From positions 40,988-104,987 of the IMG/VR virus record IMGVR_UViG_3300038524_000024: DNA of 64,000 bases; one strand, 5' to 3'. Made by a program: the position numbers and the translations under genes. The DNA is from a virus (taxonomy: Duplodnaviria; Caudoviricetes). The notes below the pieces were generated by a model. The model did not search any database, was not told where the DNA came from, and saw nothing but the letters and a program-made list of their open reading frames with translations. This document shows, in pieces, positions 17,896 to 28,988 of the stretch; positions within the stretch are counted from its first letter, which is position 1; each line of letters opens with the position of its first letter.

Positions 17896-18300
17896 TTAAA
17901 CATTTGTCATTTTGAACTTTAAAGCACTTGCAAGAAATACAAGAGTTGCACCAGATTGAACAATTCTTGTTGTTTGAAGCGCATCAAAATACCAAATATT
18001 TCCTCCGGTTGCTAAGTCTGATAGGAAAACATGGCTTATTGTACCCCAACTTCCAGTTGCTACCGGAAATGTTATAGAAGATAAATTTGATAATTCCCCG
18101 TTGGCAGCACTTGAAAAATATGCCTTTGTATTTAGAACTGCCACCCTCGCATAACTATTACCAACTGGTTCCGTTGCGCCAGTTCCAGTTGATGAAATGG
18201 TAGTGGTTGATAAACCAACATAATAATTTGATGGTAGCGTAATACCAGTTGCTCCAAATAAATTATCCAAAATCTTGTTAGAAGCATATACAGTAATCAT
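17896..18300 (-). CDS. Tail/baseplate accessory protein (single-domain paralog of 13428-14231)
   Basis: YYVGLST...EP.GNSYARV...ITFP.ATGSWG. Confidence 0.75.
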   Translation of the reverse strand: MITVYASNKILDNLFGATGITLPSNYYVGLSTTTISSTGTGATEPVGNSYARVAVLNTKAYFSSAANGELSNLSSITFPVATGSWGTISHVFLSDLATGGNIWYFDALQTTRIVQSGATLVFLASALKFKMTNV

Positions 18301-18318
18301 ATAAAATCAATCCTTTCT

Positions 18319-18723
18319 TTATTCTGGCAAATATAAGTCATAAGACTCTGAAGTGCCATAAAACATTTGAAAAATGGTCATTGTTCCCTGAAAAGGAATG
18401 AAATATCCACTTTGATAACCCTCTAGGACAAGTTGATATATAAATTTGCCATATAAACTTTGTGTGTCTTCCGCATTCATAGTTACGGCGATAACATTAT
18501 AAGGCTCTTCAGCAATTAATTGTCCTTCGATGTTTAATACTAATTTATCTAAATGCCCATAATGAGAGAGCTTAAAATTTGTAGACGTAGCACCAATCAT
18601 TGATACTGGTGTAATCATATCTAATTCATAAAAATGAAAATGATATTCTTGTTTTGACCCTCCCACAATCGCTAACGATGGTGCAGAACGCATTCCAACA
18701 CTAACAAAATCGCAATTATCCAT
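18319..18723 (-). CDS. Baseplate accessory protein, paralog of 18735-19106
   Basis: VGGSKQEYHFHFYE...ITPVS...EDT..LYGKFIYQ. Confidence 0.7.
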   Translation of the reverse strand: MDNCDFVSVGMRSAPSLAIVGGSKQEYHFHFYELDMITPVSMIGATSTNFKLSHYGHLDKLVLNIEGQLIAEEPYNVIAVTMNAEDTQSLYGKFIYQLVLEGYQSGYFIPFQGTMTIFQMFYGTSESYDLYLPE

Positions 18724-18734
18724 GGGTTACCTCA

Positions 18735-19106
18735 TTATGTTGAAGAGATTTGCTTATGAATATTAAGCAAACCCTGTATTGGTATAATAGTACCATAACT
18801 ACCAAAGAGAGATATTTGGTAAACAAACTTACCATAGAGTCCTAAAGTATCTTCGTCTAATAGCAATATTCGAATAGAATTGTATGGTGATTCATTTACT
18901 TTTTGCCCATTGACACTGAGTAAAACATTGTTTGGCTCTCCAAATTTTGTTATACTAAATATTATCGAAGTTGCCCAATCAATAGAAACCGGAGTAATCA
19001 AATCAGATTCATAGAAATGAAAAATGTATTCTTGTTGTGACCCACCTACAAAAGATATTTCTGGAATGTTATAAATATTATATTCACTAAATTCACAATC
19101 ATCCAT
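18735..19106 (-). CDS. Baseplate accessory protein
   Basis: VGGSQQEYIFHFYE...ITPVS...EDTLGLYGKFVYQ. Confidence 0.7.
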   Translation of the reverse strand: MDDCEFSEYNIYNIPEISFVGGSQQEYIFHFYESDLITPVSIDWATSIIFSITKFGEPNNVLLSVNGQKVNESPYNSIRILLLDEDTLGLYGKFVYQISLFGSYGTIIPIQGLLNIHKQISST

Positions 19107-19305
19107 CGGCTACCTCATTCAAGTTTTTTTGCTCGTCATCCTGTTCTTTGTTGTCTTCGGCAATTTGTTTCATAACGGAATCAAGTGTTAGTCCAGCATG
19201 GTATAAATAAGATACACTCTTACCTTTTACTTCTAATTCGGAAATATAATTACCAATGTTACTCAATTGTTGCAAACATGTTTCATTGATTTTATAAAAT
19301 TTCAT
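19099..19305 (-). CDS. Small hypothetical tail-region protein
   Basis: AAGGA RBS; ELEVKG motif; overlaps next gene. Confidence 0.6.
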   Translation of the reverse strand: MKFYKINETCLQQLSNIGNYISELEVKGKSVSYLYHAGLTLDSVMKQIAEDNKEQDDEQKNLNEVADG

Positions 19306-19325
19306 TTTAATTCAATCCTTTTAAA

Positions 19326-22300
19326 TTAACTAAGCGCGGTAATAATACCATCTACAACCGACATATTTATTTGACCACCAGCATAACTTCTAAAACTTCT
19401 ATTCGCAGTTACACTACTATGATAATGATAATAACTAGCATATGTGCTTCCGTGACTATGACTGGTAGGGGCATATCTTGTATCGTTTTGTGCTATGCTC
19501 CATATTTGATTTGAGGCGTCAGTACCATCTTTCCAAAGACCTCCTGTTATCAGTGTTCCGGTTCCTGTATTTATTCTAAGATAGTTTGCAGTCAAGAATG
19601 TTGTTCCGACAGAGCCTAATGATAAAGTGGTAGCAGATGTAACATTTCCTTCTCCTGAAAACCACAATCCGATACCAAGTCCGCTACCTGCCTCCCCAAT
19701 ACTCCCCCCGGGGAATACAAATCTTCCACCGGAAACACGATACCCACTTAAACTTCCTGCGGTAAATCCACCTAAACTATACCCAGTACCAGTATTGATT
19801 CTATCAACGGGAACAGGCGCATTAGTAATTTGGCTCCAATCAACCGCACCCAAAAGTCTTGTAGCACTTATTGTTCCGGTTGTACTAGTAATATCCCCGG
19901 TAAATGTTCCAGTCGCAGCAGATAATGACCCGCTGAATACACCACTTCCTTTAATGGTCAAAACACCATTCTCCCATTTTAGATAACTTGTATCGGTGGC
20001 ACTACCAAGATAAAAATTGCCAGCATTGTCCATATATGTTTTCCACGATGCTATGCCAGTCGTTGGATTTTTATATACATATCCTAACTTTTCATAATCA
20101 ATATGCAAACCTGTTTCGGTATTTCCAGCTTGAACATATCTTGGTTTGCTAGCAACACTGTCCCAAGCATATCCTGTAGACTGAGAAATATCGCCCGTGA
20201 ATATTCCACTACCTTTAATTTTTAAAGTGCTAGTCGCAGAAGTCCACGATAAATAGTTAGCATTGTTTTCAGCACCAAGATAAAAGTTACCAGCATTATC
20301 CATATATGTTTTCCAACCAACTGGAGCTTCATAATATCCTAAGCGGTCAGACGATATGTGTAATCCTTTCGTTGGAGCATCTTCATCTATAACATACAAT
20401 GGCTTTCCTGCTAAGGTATCCCAAGTTTCTGGCGGTGGTATTACGGGATATGGTGGCAAATCATAAATAGATGTGTGAGATATTCTTATGTTTCCATCCG
20501 AACCTATACTAAGTACTTCCGCCCCACCAGTCTTTTTGATTACAATACCAACTTCTGGATTTATATCAATTACATTTTTAGCATTAGATAATTCTAGGTT
20601 CATATTTTTTGCTTTTAAACCAGAGGCATCTACTAAAAATGTTGCCAATTCAGAATTAACATTGTTTTGAATTACTAGGCTATTACCAGCAATCATTCTT
20701 CCAACCAGCGCTTCGGCAACTACCCCATATAGATTTTGACCACCAAAATTTATTTCTCCCAGAGCCATTTTCACACTCTGCCAATTATTATTGGTAAAAG
20801 CTATTTGGTTGCTAGTGAGCCAAATTTGATTTGGTTCATATCCAGTTACTGTCTTTTGCCTTCCAATAAGCCCATTTGGTGTCAACGAAATTTCCTGGTC
20901 TTTGGTCGCCATTAGCGTTGTCAACGAAGCGTTTAACGCTTCGTCTATATACTGATTTACTGCTTGTTGACCACTTTCTACCCAATCGCTCCAGTCCCCA
21001 GCGCTATATTTTACCTGCGAAATTGTTCTATCGGCATCTGAATTGATATCTCCTAATTCAATTTCCGAATTAGCTAATCTCAGCCTATTACTCAATAAGA
21101 ATTTGAAGTCAGTTGGTACATCATAATTATAGTCAAATCCCAAAATTATGGGAACAAACAACGTATCGTTATTTCCATCTTCAAGTTGCACATATAAAGA
21201 GCTTCCAAGTGCTAACTGGTCAATAAAAGGTTGGAAATATTTTATAAATATAAAATTATGCAAATCAAGAGAAAATTCATATGATGGTTGTGATACCTTA
21301 TTAGAAATAATCACCCCTTGTGCATATAAATCTAAGGCCATTTGTTGTACTTGCTGTAACGTCATCATGTCTGTTTGCAAGAAGTTGCGATTATCATACG
21401 CACCAGCAAAAATAAAATTATTTAATTGAGCCAATTGCGCTATTGTAAAATTCGCCTCTATTTTGCAAGTGTTATTGATTACAACAAGTTCATTTTGCTT
21501 AGTGCCTATTTGCAGTTGTTTAGCCTCTATCTCGGCTTGTTTATTGTCTACGGCAAGTTGCGCAGCAATAACCGCATTTTGTTCAACCGACGTGTTAGTT
21601 TTACCAGAATCTATAGCTAACTTCAAAGTATTTTGTTTTATAAGCAACTGCGTTTGTAGATATTCAAGCCCTGTCGTTGTATTGGTACGCAAATCATATA
21701 TTTCTCGCTGATATGTCATTAGTTGTGTTAATTTAGTGGCATATGATGATTGATAACCTGCTATTTTTGTTTTCCAAGCATCAATAGCCGTAATTAGGTC
21801 GCTAGACATCCACTCAAGATTTTTATAGTAATCAAAATTATAAATAATGTCATCCCCGGTTGGATTTACCTGATTGATGGTTAAATCATCTTTACCATAT
21901 ACACTTAATGCAGTTATAATATTATCGGAATTTTCATCAATACTAACATTTTCTAGCAAATTTTCATAAGATAAATAAATATCAGTTTTTGTTATGGCAT
22001 TTGTCAATGCTTGTGCGTTGATTTTTTTGTTGAATGTATCAAATGTAAAAACACATTGATATGCTTGTTCCATTTCTTTCATTAAGAAAGTATAGACAGT
22101 CGTATCTTTTTCGTCAAAAGTTCTATATAGGTTATATAATGATGAATCAAGTGTTCCAAGAGACCATCCCGGCATATAAATAAGCAACTTATGCATCAAA
22201 CTGTTTGCTTGATTGGACGCATCATAAAATTTCCAAGTGCCTTTTATGTTTAATATTTTACGAAATGATAGTTCAAATTCTAATGATTTAGCTTCAACGT

Positions 22301-22589
22301 CTTTGTAAATCTTTGCTCCATCAGATTTTTCTATTACCTTAGTAATAATAAACATGCCAATATCTGGAATCTGTATTCTGCGCTTGCCAACAAGATATGA
22401 ATAATATGGCATAGCAGTACCATTAATAGTTTTTGGAGCAGAAAATTTAATAGTAGAAACCGCATTATATCTTAAACTTACTTGTCTATCGTAAATGCCA
22501 CCTATATTGAAAAGTTTAGTCCCGTCTGGATTGCATAATATATAATCTGGCACCTCATATTGTGAAAAAGAATCGAATTTTTGTATCAT
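19326..22589 (-). CDS. Tal / baseplate hub (prophage tail endopeptidase-like) protein
   Basis: Follows Dit; LCNPD, ITALSVYG..LTINQVNPTG, coiled coil, F.....W...KMALG, internal WKTYMDNAGNFYLG repeat. Confidence 0.8.
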   Translation of the reverse strand: MIQKFDSFSQYEVPDYILCNPDGTKLFNIGGIYDRQVSLRYNAVSTIKFSAPKTINGTAMPYYSYLVGKRRIQIPDIGMFIITKVIEKSDGAKIYKDVEAKSLEFELSFRKILNIKGTWKFYDASNQANSLMHKLLIYMPGWSLGTLDSSLYNLYRTFDEKDTTVYTFLMKEMEQAYQCVFTFDTFNKKINAQALTNAITKTDIYLSYENLLENVSIDENSDNIITALSVYGKDDLTINQVNPTGDDIIYNFDYYKNLEWMSSDLITAIDAWKTKIAGYQSSYATKLTQLMTYQREIYDLRTNTTTGLEYLQTQLLIKQNTLKLAIDSGKTNTSVEQNAVIAAQLAVDNKQAEIEAKQLQIGTKQNELVVINNTCKIEANFTIAQLAQLNNFIFAGAYDNRNFLQTDMMTLQQVQQMALDLYAQGVIISNKVSQPSYEFSLDLHNFIFIKYFQPFIDQLALGSSLYVQLEDGNNDTLFVPIILGFDYNYDVPTDFKFLLSNRLRLANSEIELGDINSDADRTISQVKYSAGDWSDWVESGQQAVNQYIDEALNASLTTLMATKDQEISLTPNGLIGRQKTVTGYEPNQIWLTSNQIAFTNNNWQSVKMALGEINFGGQNLYGVVAEALVGRMIAGNSLVIQNNVNSELATFLVDASGLKAKNMNLELSNAKNVIDINPEVGIVIKKTGGAEVLSIGSDGNIRISHTSIYDLPPYPVIPPPETWDTLAGKPLYVIDEDAPTKGLHISSDRLGYYEAPVGWKTYMDNAGNFYLGAENNANYLSWTSATSTLKIKGSGIFTGDISQSTGYAWDSVASKPRYVQAGNTETGLHIDYEKLGYVYKNPTTGIASWKTYMDNAGNFYLGSATDTSYLKWENGVLTIKGSGVFSGSLSAATGTFTGDITSTTGTISATRLLGAVDWSQITNAPVPVDRINTGTGYSLGGFTAGSLSGYRVSGGRFVFPGGSIGEAGSGLGIGLWFSGEGNVTSATTLSLGSVGTTFLTANYLRINTGTGTLITGGLWKDGTDASNQIWSIAQNDTRYAPTSHSHGSTYASYYHYHSSVTANRSFRSYAGGQINMSVVDGIITALS

Positions 22590-22596
22590 CTTATTA

Positions 22597-23394
22597 CTAT
22601 GCTCCTATTTTTCGTGAGAACTGATATACCATTATAAAGTCTTGAAATCTACCATAAAGATTTATGATGTTCTCACCCGGCAATAGTCTTAACCAATTGC
22701 TACTAAAATATTGCATTAACTTTCGGTTTTGGTTTGACGTAATTATTTTGTTAATATTGTCTATTGTAACAACCTCATCAACCAATAGTCCTCCAGTAAA
22801 GGAAAGCAAACGACTTGGCTCTGCTAAATTTTTTATCACTAAGCCCGTTGAACTTTTTGATTTAAATCGTACTACCGGGTATACATACCCGTCTTCAGCA
22901 CTATCATTATAAATTGCCGGTAGGTTTACATTAACAGTGTTGGACAAATGACCAACATGCGTAGCATATTTTGGCAAGCTCCATCCAAATCCAGAATCAC
23001 AATGAGCAGTGTATCTTATGGCATACAAGAAATTCCCAACATATATAGGAGTAGCATTTATAAAAATTACGTTGAAATAAGTGTCAACCATATCTCCTTG
23101 AACAATTTGTAATTTTTTATATGAGCTTCTACCCAACATCCACCTATTGATAGAATCAAAGTCAATAGCGGTTCGTTTGTTGCAATCTCCAACTGTAAAT
23201 TCAAATTCTAGCGAGGTATGATGAACTCTTTTATAAAAGTATGGTTTAGTTCTATGGATTTGATACTCCTCTATAATTGTTGATGCACCAGCAGACATAC
23301 CTTCTTGTAAGCCTGTTTCAAAATTAATAATTTGCAAACCATATTCCTCTGATGGGACACCATCATAAATAAAAGTAGAACCGTAGAAAGCCAT
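22597..23394 (-). CDS. Distal tail protein (Dit)
   Basis: MAFYGSTFIYDGVPSEEYGL, WLRLLPGEN; directly downstream of tape measure. Confidence 0.8.
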   Translation of the reverse strand: MAFYGSTFIYDGVPSEEYGLQIINFETGLQEGMSAGASTIIEEYQIHRTKPYFYKRVHHTSLEFEFTVGDCNKRTAIDFDSINRWMLGRSSYKKLQIVQGDMVDTYFNVIFINATPIYVGNFLYAIRYTAHCDSGFGWSLPKYATHVGHLSNTVNVNLPAIYNDSAEDGYVYPVVRFKSKSSTGLVIKNLAEPSRLLSFTGGLLVDEVVTIDNINKIITSNQNRKLMQYFSSNWLRLLPGENIINLYGRFQDFIMVYQFSRKIGA

Positions 23395-23452
23395 AGCCCT
23401 CCTTTCAATTGTTGGGTGAGCCATTATATTAACTGGCTCACCCTTAATTAGA

Positions 23453-26400
23453 TTAAATTGTATTAAAGTTACTAGAAGACCGCAATCCAGCGTTGTCCCT
23501 AATAGACATAATAGCCTTAGAGACAGCTCTCTCTAAGTCCGGCAAAACTGAGTGGTCTAAATTTCCAGAAACAGGTATGGTTATATCAACTTTAATATCT
23601 CCGGTTTGTTTTCTACCATTGTCGACTAGACTTGGTAAGGTGTTCTTTATGAAGTTATGTGCTTGCTCTTTTGTTGTAACAACTTCACCTTTTAGTAATT
23701 TTGCAAATACCTCTTGCTCAGGTATCTGCGGCAGTTCACCAACAATACCACCAGAGTGATACATTAGTGCTGGAATATTACGTCCACCGCCACCCATAGT
23801 TAGAACAATATCTGCCCCAAGAGCATTTAAGTCTGCAACATGAGCTAAGGCTTGTGCAAGTGTCATGGCTTGTGATATAGCATGGGCAGTCTTTGTTGTA
23901 AGACTATCTATAGCATTTCCAGCATTACTAGCCATCCCGGAAATAGCACTTCCAGCCGAACTAGCAAAATTTTGAACAGCAGTAGCGCCTTGCATTCCAA
24001 AAGTTTCAATCCAAGCAATTGCGCCCTTCCAAGCGTCAACTACGTCTGTAGAAATTCCACTTCCATAAGTCATATTCCATTCCATCAATTCGTCGTAAAA
24101 TTCTTTTGTTCTATCGTGAATTAATGCTTGGGCTTCTTGAACAATTAGCCCTTCTTCTTCCAAGTACTTATCTAATGCATCTAACTTTGAATTAATATTT
24201 TCAGTAAATAGTTCTAATTCTATGTCTAATGCATCTTCTTGTGCTTGAATTCGTTGGTCAAATTGTTCGTCTTCCAATTCAGTTTTAGCATCGGCAAGTT
24301 GTTCCTCTAACGCTAACCTTCTTGCAATGCCTTCTTGCGAAGTGTCAAATTGTATTTGAGCAAGTTCTGCTTCGAGGTTTACAATTGTATTTGTTCGCTT
24401 GCTAATTTCCTTCGTGTCAGAACGCTGTTTCTTTTGTATGTCTAGTTCTTCTTTTTTTGCTTTGATAAGCTTCTTATACGCGTCTAATTCCTCTTTGAGT
24501 GCATCTTTAGCACGTTTAGCTCTATCTTTCAACATAGCAACGGTCATTTTTAATAAATCTTGATATGATTTTTCTGCTTCTGACCTTGCTTTAGCTTCCG
24601 CTTCTGCAGCTTCCTGTTCTGGTGTTTTTCCACCGCCTCCACCGCCACCCCCATCAGGTTGCGTAGGTGGTTTATATCCACCCCCACCAGACCATATATC
24701 GTTACCAAAATTAGGTGGTGTCATTGATTGTGGATTGAATATTGTTGAAAGATTATTTCCCAAATTAGACAGTTCCTCTGTGCCAATGGTTGCCCCACCA
24801 GACATTGAAATATTTGGTACTTGTATTGGGAAACTATCTACCTTAAATATTTGTCCAAAAAATTTTGGTAGCGGCCAGTTTATAGTTGAGAAACCATCTA
24901 CTTTTGCAGTAAATGACATTTTGAATGACGATATGACACTAGCTAAACTTGTCATAGCAGATTGAATTGCTTTGTTTTGGTTAGCCACGCTTTCATTAAC
25001 TCTAGCGGTCATTTGTGTGGCGAAGTTACTAAAATTGCCAACCCCGCCAGTTAAATAACCATATATGGCTTCCGCACTAGTCAATGCTTTTCCTGCACTA
25101 TCTGTAAATGCTAAACCACTTTGTTGAGAATAGTTCCATGCGGCTTCAGAAAGAGATTTATAATATGCAAGAGCACTTTCAGCACCGGTTTGGAACTGAC
25201 TAAACATATCGCCGGACATGACTGAATCATATCCCTGTCGCAGTAAGTCTGCTGTATCAGACATGTTTACAAGGTCTTGAGTTGATTGTTGAAGAGCTAC
25301 GCTATAACTAGCGTGAGATTCCGTCAAAGCTCGAACTTGTTCATCACTCAATCCAAGAGCGTCTTTATTTTCGATTATGGCGTTATACTGATTTTCAATC
25401 ATCTCAGTAGCACCAACGAGACCATCTATATAGTCGGTGATGGCTATGTCACCACTTTCGAACTCAGAATTAAGACTGTCTAATGCAACTAATCCGTTTG
25501 TGAATAATGTGGTAAAAAACCTTTGGGCGGAATCGGTGCTATCATCAAACATATTGATAATATCACGGTTTGCCGTAATTTCTGACAATGTATCAAAATA
25601 CGCTCCAACAGATATTTTTCCATCTTCAAAGTTTTTGTTTAAATCAACGATACGCTGACCAAACGACTCAAATGCTTCTTTTGCTTCGCCCTGCAATGAG
25701 CTAGCTAAACTCGCTACCAAAGATTCAAAACTCTTAAATTGGTCTGCTAGTGCATTTGCTTTTGGAGCGTTTGTTTCTCCCTCTAACATGGCGTTTAAAG
25801 CCTTGATAAGAGGATTATCTTTTCCAAATTCATTGATTAATTCTTGGCGAAATTCAGCACCAGCACTAACCCATGTTGAAAATAACTCTGAAGCAAATTC
25901 CTTAGCGACCTTTTCACTATCTTCGATAGCCTTTTCAGCATCACCTTCGCTTATTGCAAAATCTTGGAGCAATATGCTAAGAACATCTTCACCATCAGTA
26001 AGCCAGTCTTCGTAATTGAAAAGAGCATCTCTTAATGTTTTTTGTGTTTCAGTTAAGACTTCATCAGCCGTACCAGAAATATTGTACAACCATCCAAGCA
26101 AAGCCTGATTAGCTGTTTGCCCTTGTTTAGCACCACTCTCAACAATACCTTTGATTAATGAGGGAAGTTGCTCTGCGGCTTGCGCTACTTTGATTGCTTG
26201 TGTAAGTTTCTCATATTCTTTTATTTTTTCGGATATGGTTATCTTGAAACTTGCTTCTTCTTCGCCTGTAAGTTTGCCCTGTTCTCTGAGTAAGTCATTT
26301 ACCGTCTCTATGGCAATAGCTTCTTCTAAATACCAACCCATTTTCCCATAATGCCAGCCCTCATACTCTGGTATGAGTTGGTGCAAAATAGCGTATTGGT

Positions 26401-28951
26401 CATATAAAGCGCCCTCATCATCGGTAGTTAAAGAACCCTCTTTAAACTTAGCAAAAAGCTTAGTAATTTCATCAACTGCATTACCGGCATCGGCTAATTT
26501 AGAAGGAATATTTTCAACGCGAGTTATATATGCGTCTACAGCGGTTGTTGCTTCCTCAACCTTTTTTCTATGGGCTTCAGTTACTGCATTATATATTCCA
26601 TATGCGGTTCCAGCTACGGCAAGTATGATACCAATAGGTGCAAGCGCGCCCGCCAATCCCCCAGCCGCTGTTCCTGCCAATGTTAATTTAGCAGCTAATT
26701 CGGCAATTCTTGTTCCAAGCGCAGTAATTCCACTTGCAATACTAGTCGCATTTAAAGCTATAACCAAACCAATAATAGTAGTTAAAACAGGAATAAGTCC
26801 ACCTAAATTTGCACCTAGTTGTAATAATCCGGTTCCAATATCTAAAATAGTTTTTGTAACACCACTATTTAAAGTATTTAACCAAAGTTCTTCCCAAGTA
26901 GCCTTAAATTTTTGTTGCTTGGCTTCGACAGATTCAAGATAAATTCCATACCTGTCCTGCGCCAATCCAGCCGCATTGGTGGTCATAATTTCTGCTTGTT
27001 TTACTTTATCATAATTTTCTAATAAAATAAGCAAACGTTCACGTTGTCTTACACCAGCAATTGTTGATGCAATTTCAGATTTAGCAACACTGCCAAATTC
27101 TTTCCATCGACCAGCAACATCATCTAATACATCACTTAAATCTTTAAATTCACCAACAGAGTCTCTAAGTGTAATATTATATTTAGTAAGAACCTGTTCA
27201 ACATTAGAAATATTCTCGCCTTCTTCATCAGTATCAGCACCAATTTTTACTGCTTGCATACGTGCAAAAATAGTTTTAAAAGATTCACCGATTGATTCGG
27301 CACTTTGACGAGAGACAGAACTAACAACTGTAACCATACTGGCTAATTCTTCTAGGCTAATTCCAGCAAGCCGAGCGGAAACCGATGAGCGCTGAAGCGC
27401 TTTTGCAATTTCGGCAACGCTAGTAGCATAATTATTATCAAGTTGAACTAACTTATCAAGAACGCCTATCATATCGCCAGACTCTAAATTAAAGCCATTC
27501 ATAATAGATGTTAAGTATTCAGTTGATTGTGCGGCATCCATGTTAGCAAGCTTTGCTTGCATAGTAGATACTCGAATTAGTTCTGCTGTTTCTGCTTGTG
27601 ATTTACCTTGTCTGATAAACTCAAGACTTCCACGAGCAACTTCCTGCGTTGTTGTTCCAAGTTCTTTTGCTAATGAGTTATATTCATGAGCCAAATTTGC
27701 GGTTTCTTCTGCGGTAGCACCACTAACAATTCTTACGTTGGTAAGATGTTCATCTAATTCATTGATAAATGATATACCTTGTTTAAGTTGATTTAATGAA
27801 CCATAAACAAGACCCATGGCAAGAGACCATGAAATGGTTCTACTGATAGCTACACCAATTTGGGATACAAAAGTTTGGGTGTCTTTGCCCAATCCCTTGA
27901 ATTCTGTTCCTGCTAATTGAGTAGATTCAGAAAGCTTATTGAGCGAAGCTTCCTGTTCTTTGGTCATGGGTATACCCTGACCCTTTACTTGATTTGAAAG
28001 TGCTTCCTCGGCTTGCAAAAGAGCCTTACTTTGTATTACTGCCTCTCGTACTGCTGGAACTGATTGAGAACGTGTTTCAGCAAGTTTCTCAAGATTTGAT
28101 GCTTGACTCTTAGTAGAATCAAGTAGTTTTTTTTGTCGCTCTAATTCGGTATTAAGCTCTTTTTGTGTCTTAGTTGTAGACTTAGCCCTTGTCGTCATTA
28201 TTTCTAAGTATGCGCTACTTTCTTTAGTAAGTAACTGGGAATCCGGAGTAGAAAGAGACGACTTTGCCGAATCTATAGACCTTTGTAAATCATCTGCAAT
28301 TTTTTGAGCACGTTGAGTTGCTTCAGATGCCGGATTAGAAACTTTTAATACAGCATTCATTTCGGCAACAACTTTTTGTGATTTCTCTAAGATAGCAAGT
28401 TGTTCTTTTTGCTTCTTTATATTATCTTCAGTGTATCTAGCTTTTTGTTGTACTAATTCTCCCTCGCTATTAACTAAATAGTTTATGGAACGAGCTTTAT
28501 TCTCTAAGTCTGTATATTGAGCAACCACTCTTGTAATTATGTTTTCACCATTGGCTTCAACAGTAATTCTAGCTTGTGCCCCTCTTGTTGCTTCGTTTAC
28601 TCTTTGAACAATTTTTTCATATTGTGCTAATAACACAGAATTACTACGAATTTGTTCTTCGGTAACAGGGGCACTATTACTACCAGACGGTGTTATACTA
28701 GGAGCGGTTCTTGTGGTGCTTCCACCGCCAGTTCCCACTAAATTTACATTAATAGCACCTAATTTATTTTCAACATACGACTTAAGTGAATTAATAGATT
28801 GTTCGCTAACTGTGAATTGAGTAATGTTTGCAGTAATTTTTACTGAAACATCTTTCATCTTATCAAGTTCTTTTTGTATATTTACAAGTGATGTAGTATC
28901 AAGTTTTCCACTAATTAAAATGGTATATTTATTATTATTATTATCAGCCAT
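23453..28951 (-). CDS. Tape measure protein (TP901-type core)
   Basis: About 1830 aa helical; ELDEHLTNVRIVSG, ATSVAEIAKAL, IGESFKTIFARM, C-terminal YHSGG. Confidence 0.93.
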   Translation of the reverse strand: MADNNNNKYTILISGKLDTTSLVNIQKELDKMKDVSVKITANITQFTVSEQSINSLKSYVENKLGAINVNLVGTGGGSTTRTAPSITPSGSNSAPVTEEQIRSNSVLLAQYEKIVQRVNEATRGAQARITVEANGENIITRVVAQYTDLENKARSINYLVNSEGELVQQKARYTEDNIKKQKEQLAILEKSQKVVAEMNAVLKVSNPASEATQRAQKIADDLQRSIDSAKSSLSTPDSQLLTKESSAYLEIMTTRAKSTTKTQKELNTELERQKKLLDSTKSQASNLEKLAETRSQSVPAVREAVIQSKALLQAEEALSNQVKGQGIPMTKEQEASLNKLSESTQLAGTEFKGLGKDTQTFVSQIGVAISRTISWSLAMGLVYGSLNQLKQGISFINELDEHLTNVRIVSGATAEETANLAHEYNSLAKELGTTTQEVARGSLEFIRQGKSQAETAELIRVSTMQAKLANMDAAQSTEYLTSIMNGFNLESGDMIGVLDKLVQLDNNYATSVAEIAKALQRSSVSARLAGISLEELASMVTVVSSVSRQSAESIGESFKTIFARMQAVKIGADTDEEGENISNVEQVLTKYNITLRDSVGEFKDLSDVLDDVAGRWKEFGSVAKSEIASTIAGVRQRERLLILLENYDKVKQAEIMTTNAAGLAQDRYGIYLESVEAKQQKFKATWEELWLNTLNSGVTKTILDIGTGLLQLGANLGGLIPVLTTIIGLVIALNATSIASGITALGTRIAELAAKLTLAGTAAGGLAGALAPIGIILAVAGTAYGIYNAVTEAHRKKVEEATTAVDAYITRVENIPSKLADAGNAVDEITKLFAKFKEGSLTTDDEGALYDQYAILHQLIPEYEGWHYGKMGWYLEEAIAIETVNDLLREQGKLTGEEEASFKITISEKIKEYEKLTQAIKVAQAAEQLPSLIKGIVESGAKQGQTANQALLGWLYNISGTADEVLTETQKTLRDALFNYEDWLTDGEDVLSILLQDFAISEGDAEKAIEDSEKVAKEFASELFSTWVSAGAEFRQELINEFGKDNPLIKALNAMLEGETNAPKANALADQFKSFESLVASLASSLQGEAKEAFESFGQRIVDLNKNFEDGKISVGAYFDTLSEITANRDIINMFDDSTDSAQRFFTTLFTNGLVALDSLNSEFESGDIAITDYIDGLVGATEMIENQYNAIIENKDALGLSDEQVRALTESHASYSVALQQSTQDLVNMSDTADLLRQGYDSVMSGDMFSQFQTGAESALAYYKSLSEAAWNYSQQSGLAFTDSAGKALTSAEAIYGYLTGGVGNFSNFATQMTARVNESVANQNKAIQSAMTSLASVISSFKMSFTAKVDGFSTINWPLPKFFGQIFKVDSFPIQVPNISMSGGATIGTEELSNLGNNLSTIFNPQSMTPPNFGNDIWSGGGGYKPPTQPDGGGGGGGGKTPEQEAAEAEAKARSEAEKSYQDLLKMTVAMLKDRAKRAKDALKEELDAYKKLIKAKKEELDIQKKQRSDTKEISKRTNTIVNLEAELAQIQFDTSQEGIARRLALEEQLADAKTELEDEQFDQRIQAQEDALDIELELFTENINSKLDALDKYLEEEGLIVQEAQALIHDRTKEFYDELMEWNMTYGSGISTDVVDAWKGAIAWIETFGMQGATAVQNFASSAGSAISGMASNAGNAIDSLTTKTAHAISQAMTLAQALAHVADLNALGADIVLTMGGGGRNIPALMYHSGGIVGELPQIPEQEVFAKLLKGEVVTTKEQAHNFIKNTLPSLVDNGRKQTGDIKVDITIPVSGNLDHSVLPDLERAVSKAIMSIRDNAGLRSSSNFNTI

Positions 28952-28988
28952 CCACAAATCCTCCTTTCAGTTACACTACCCGTATAAA

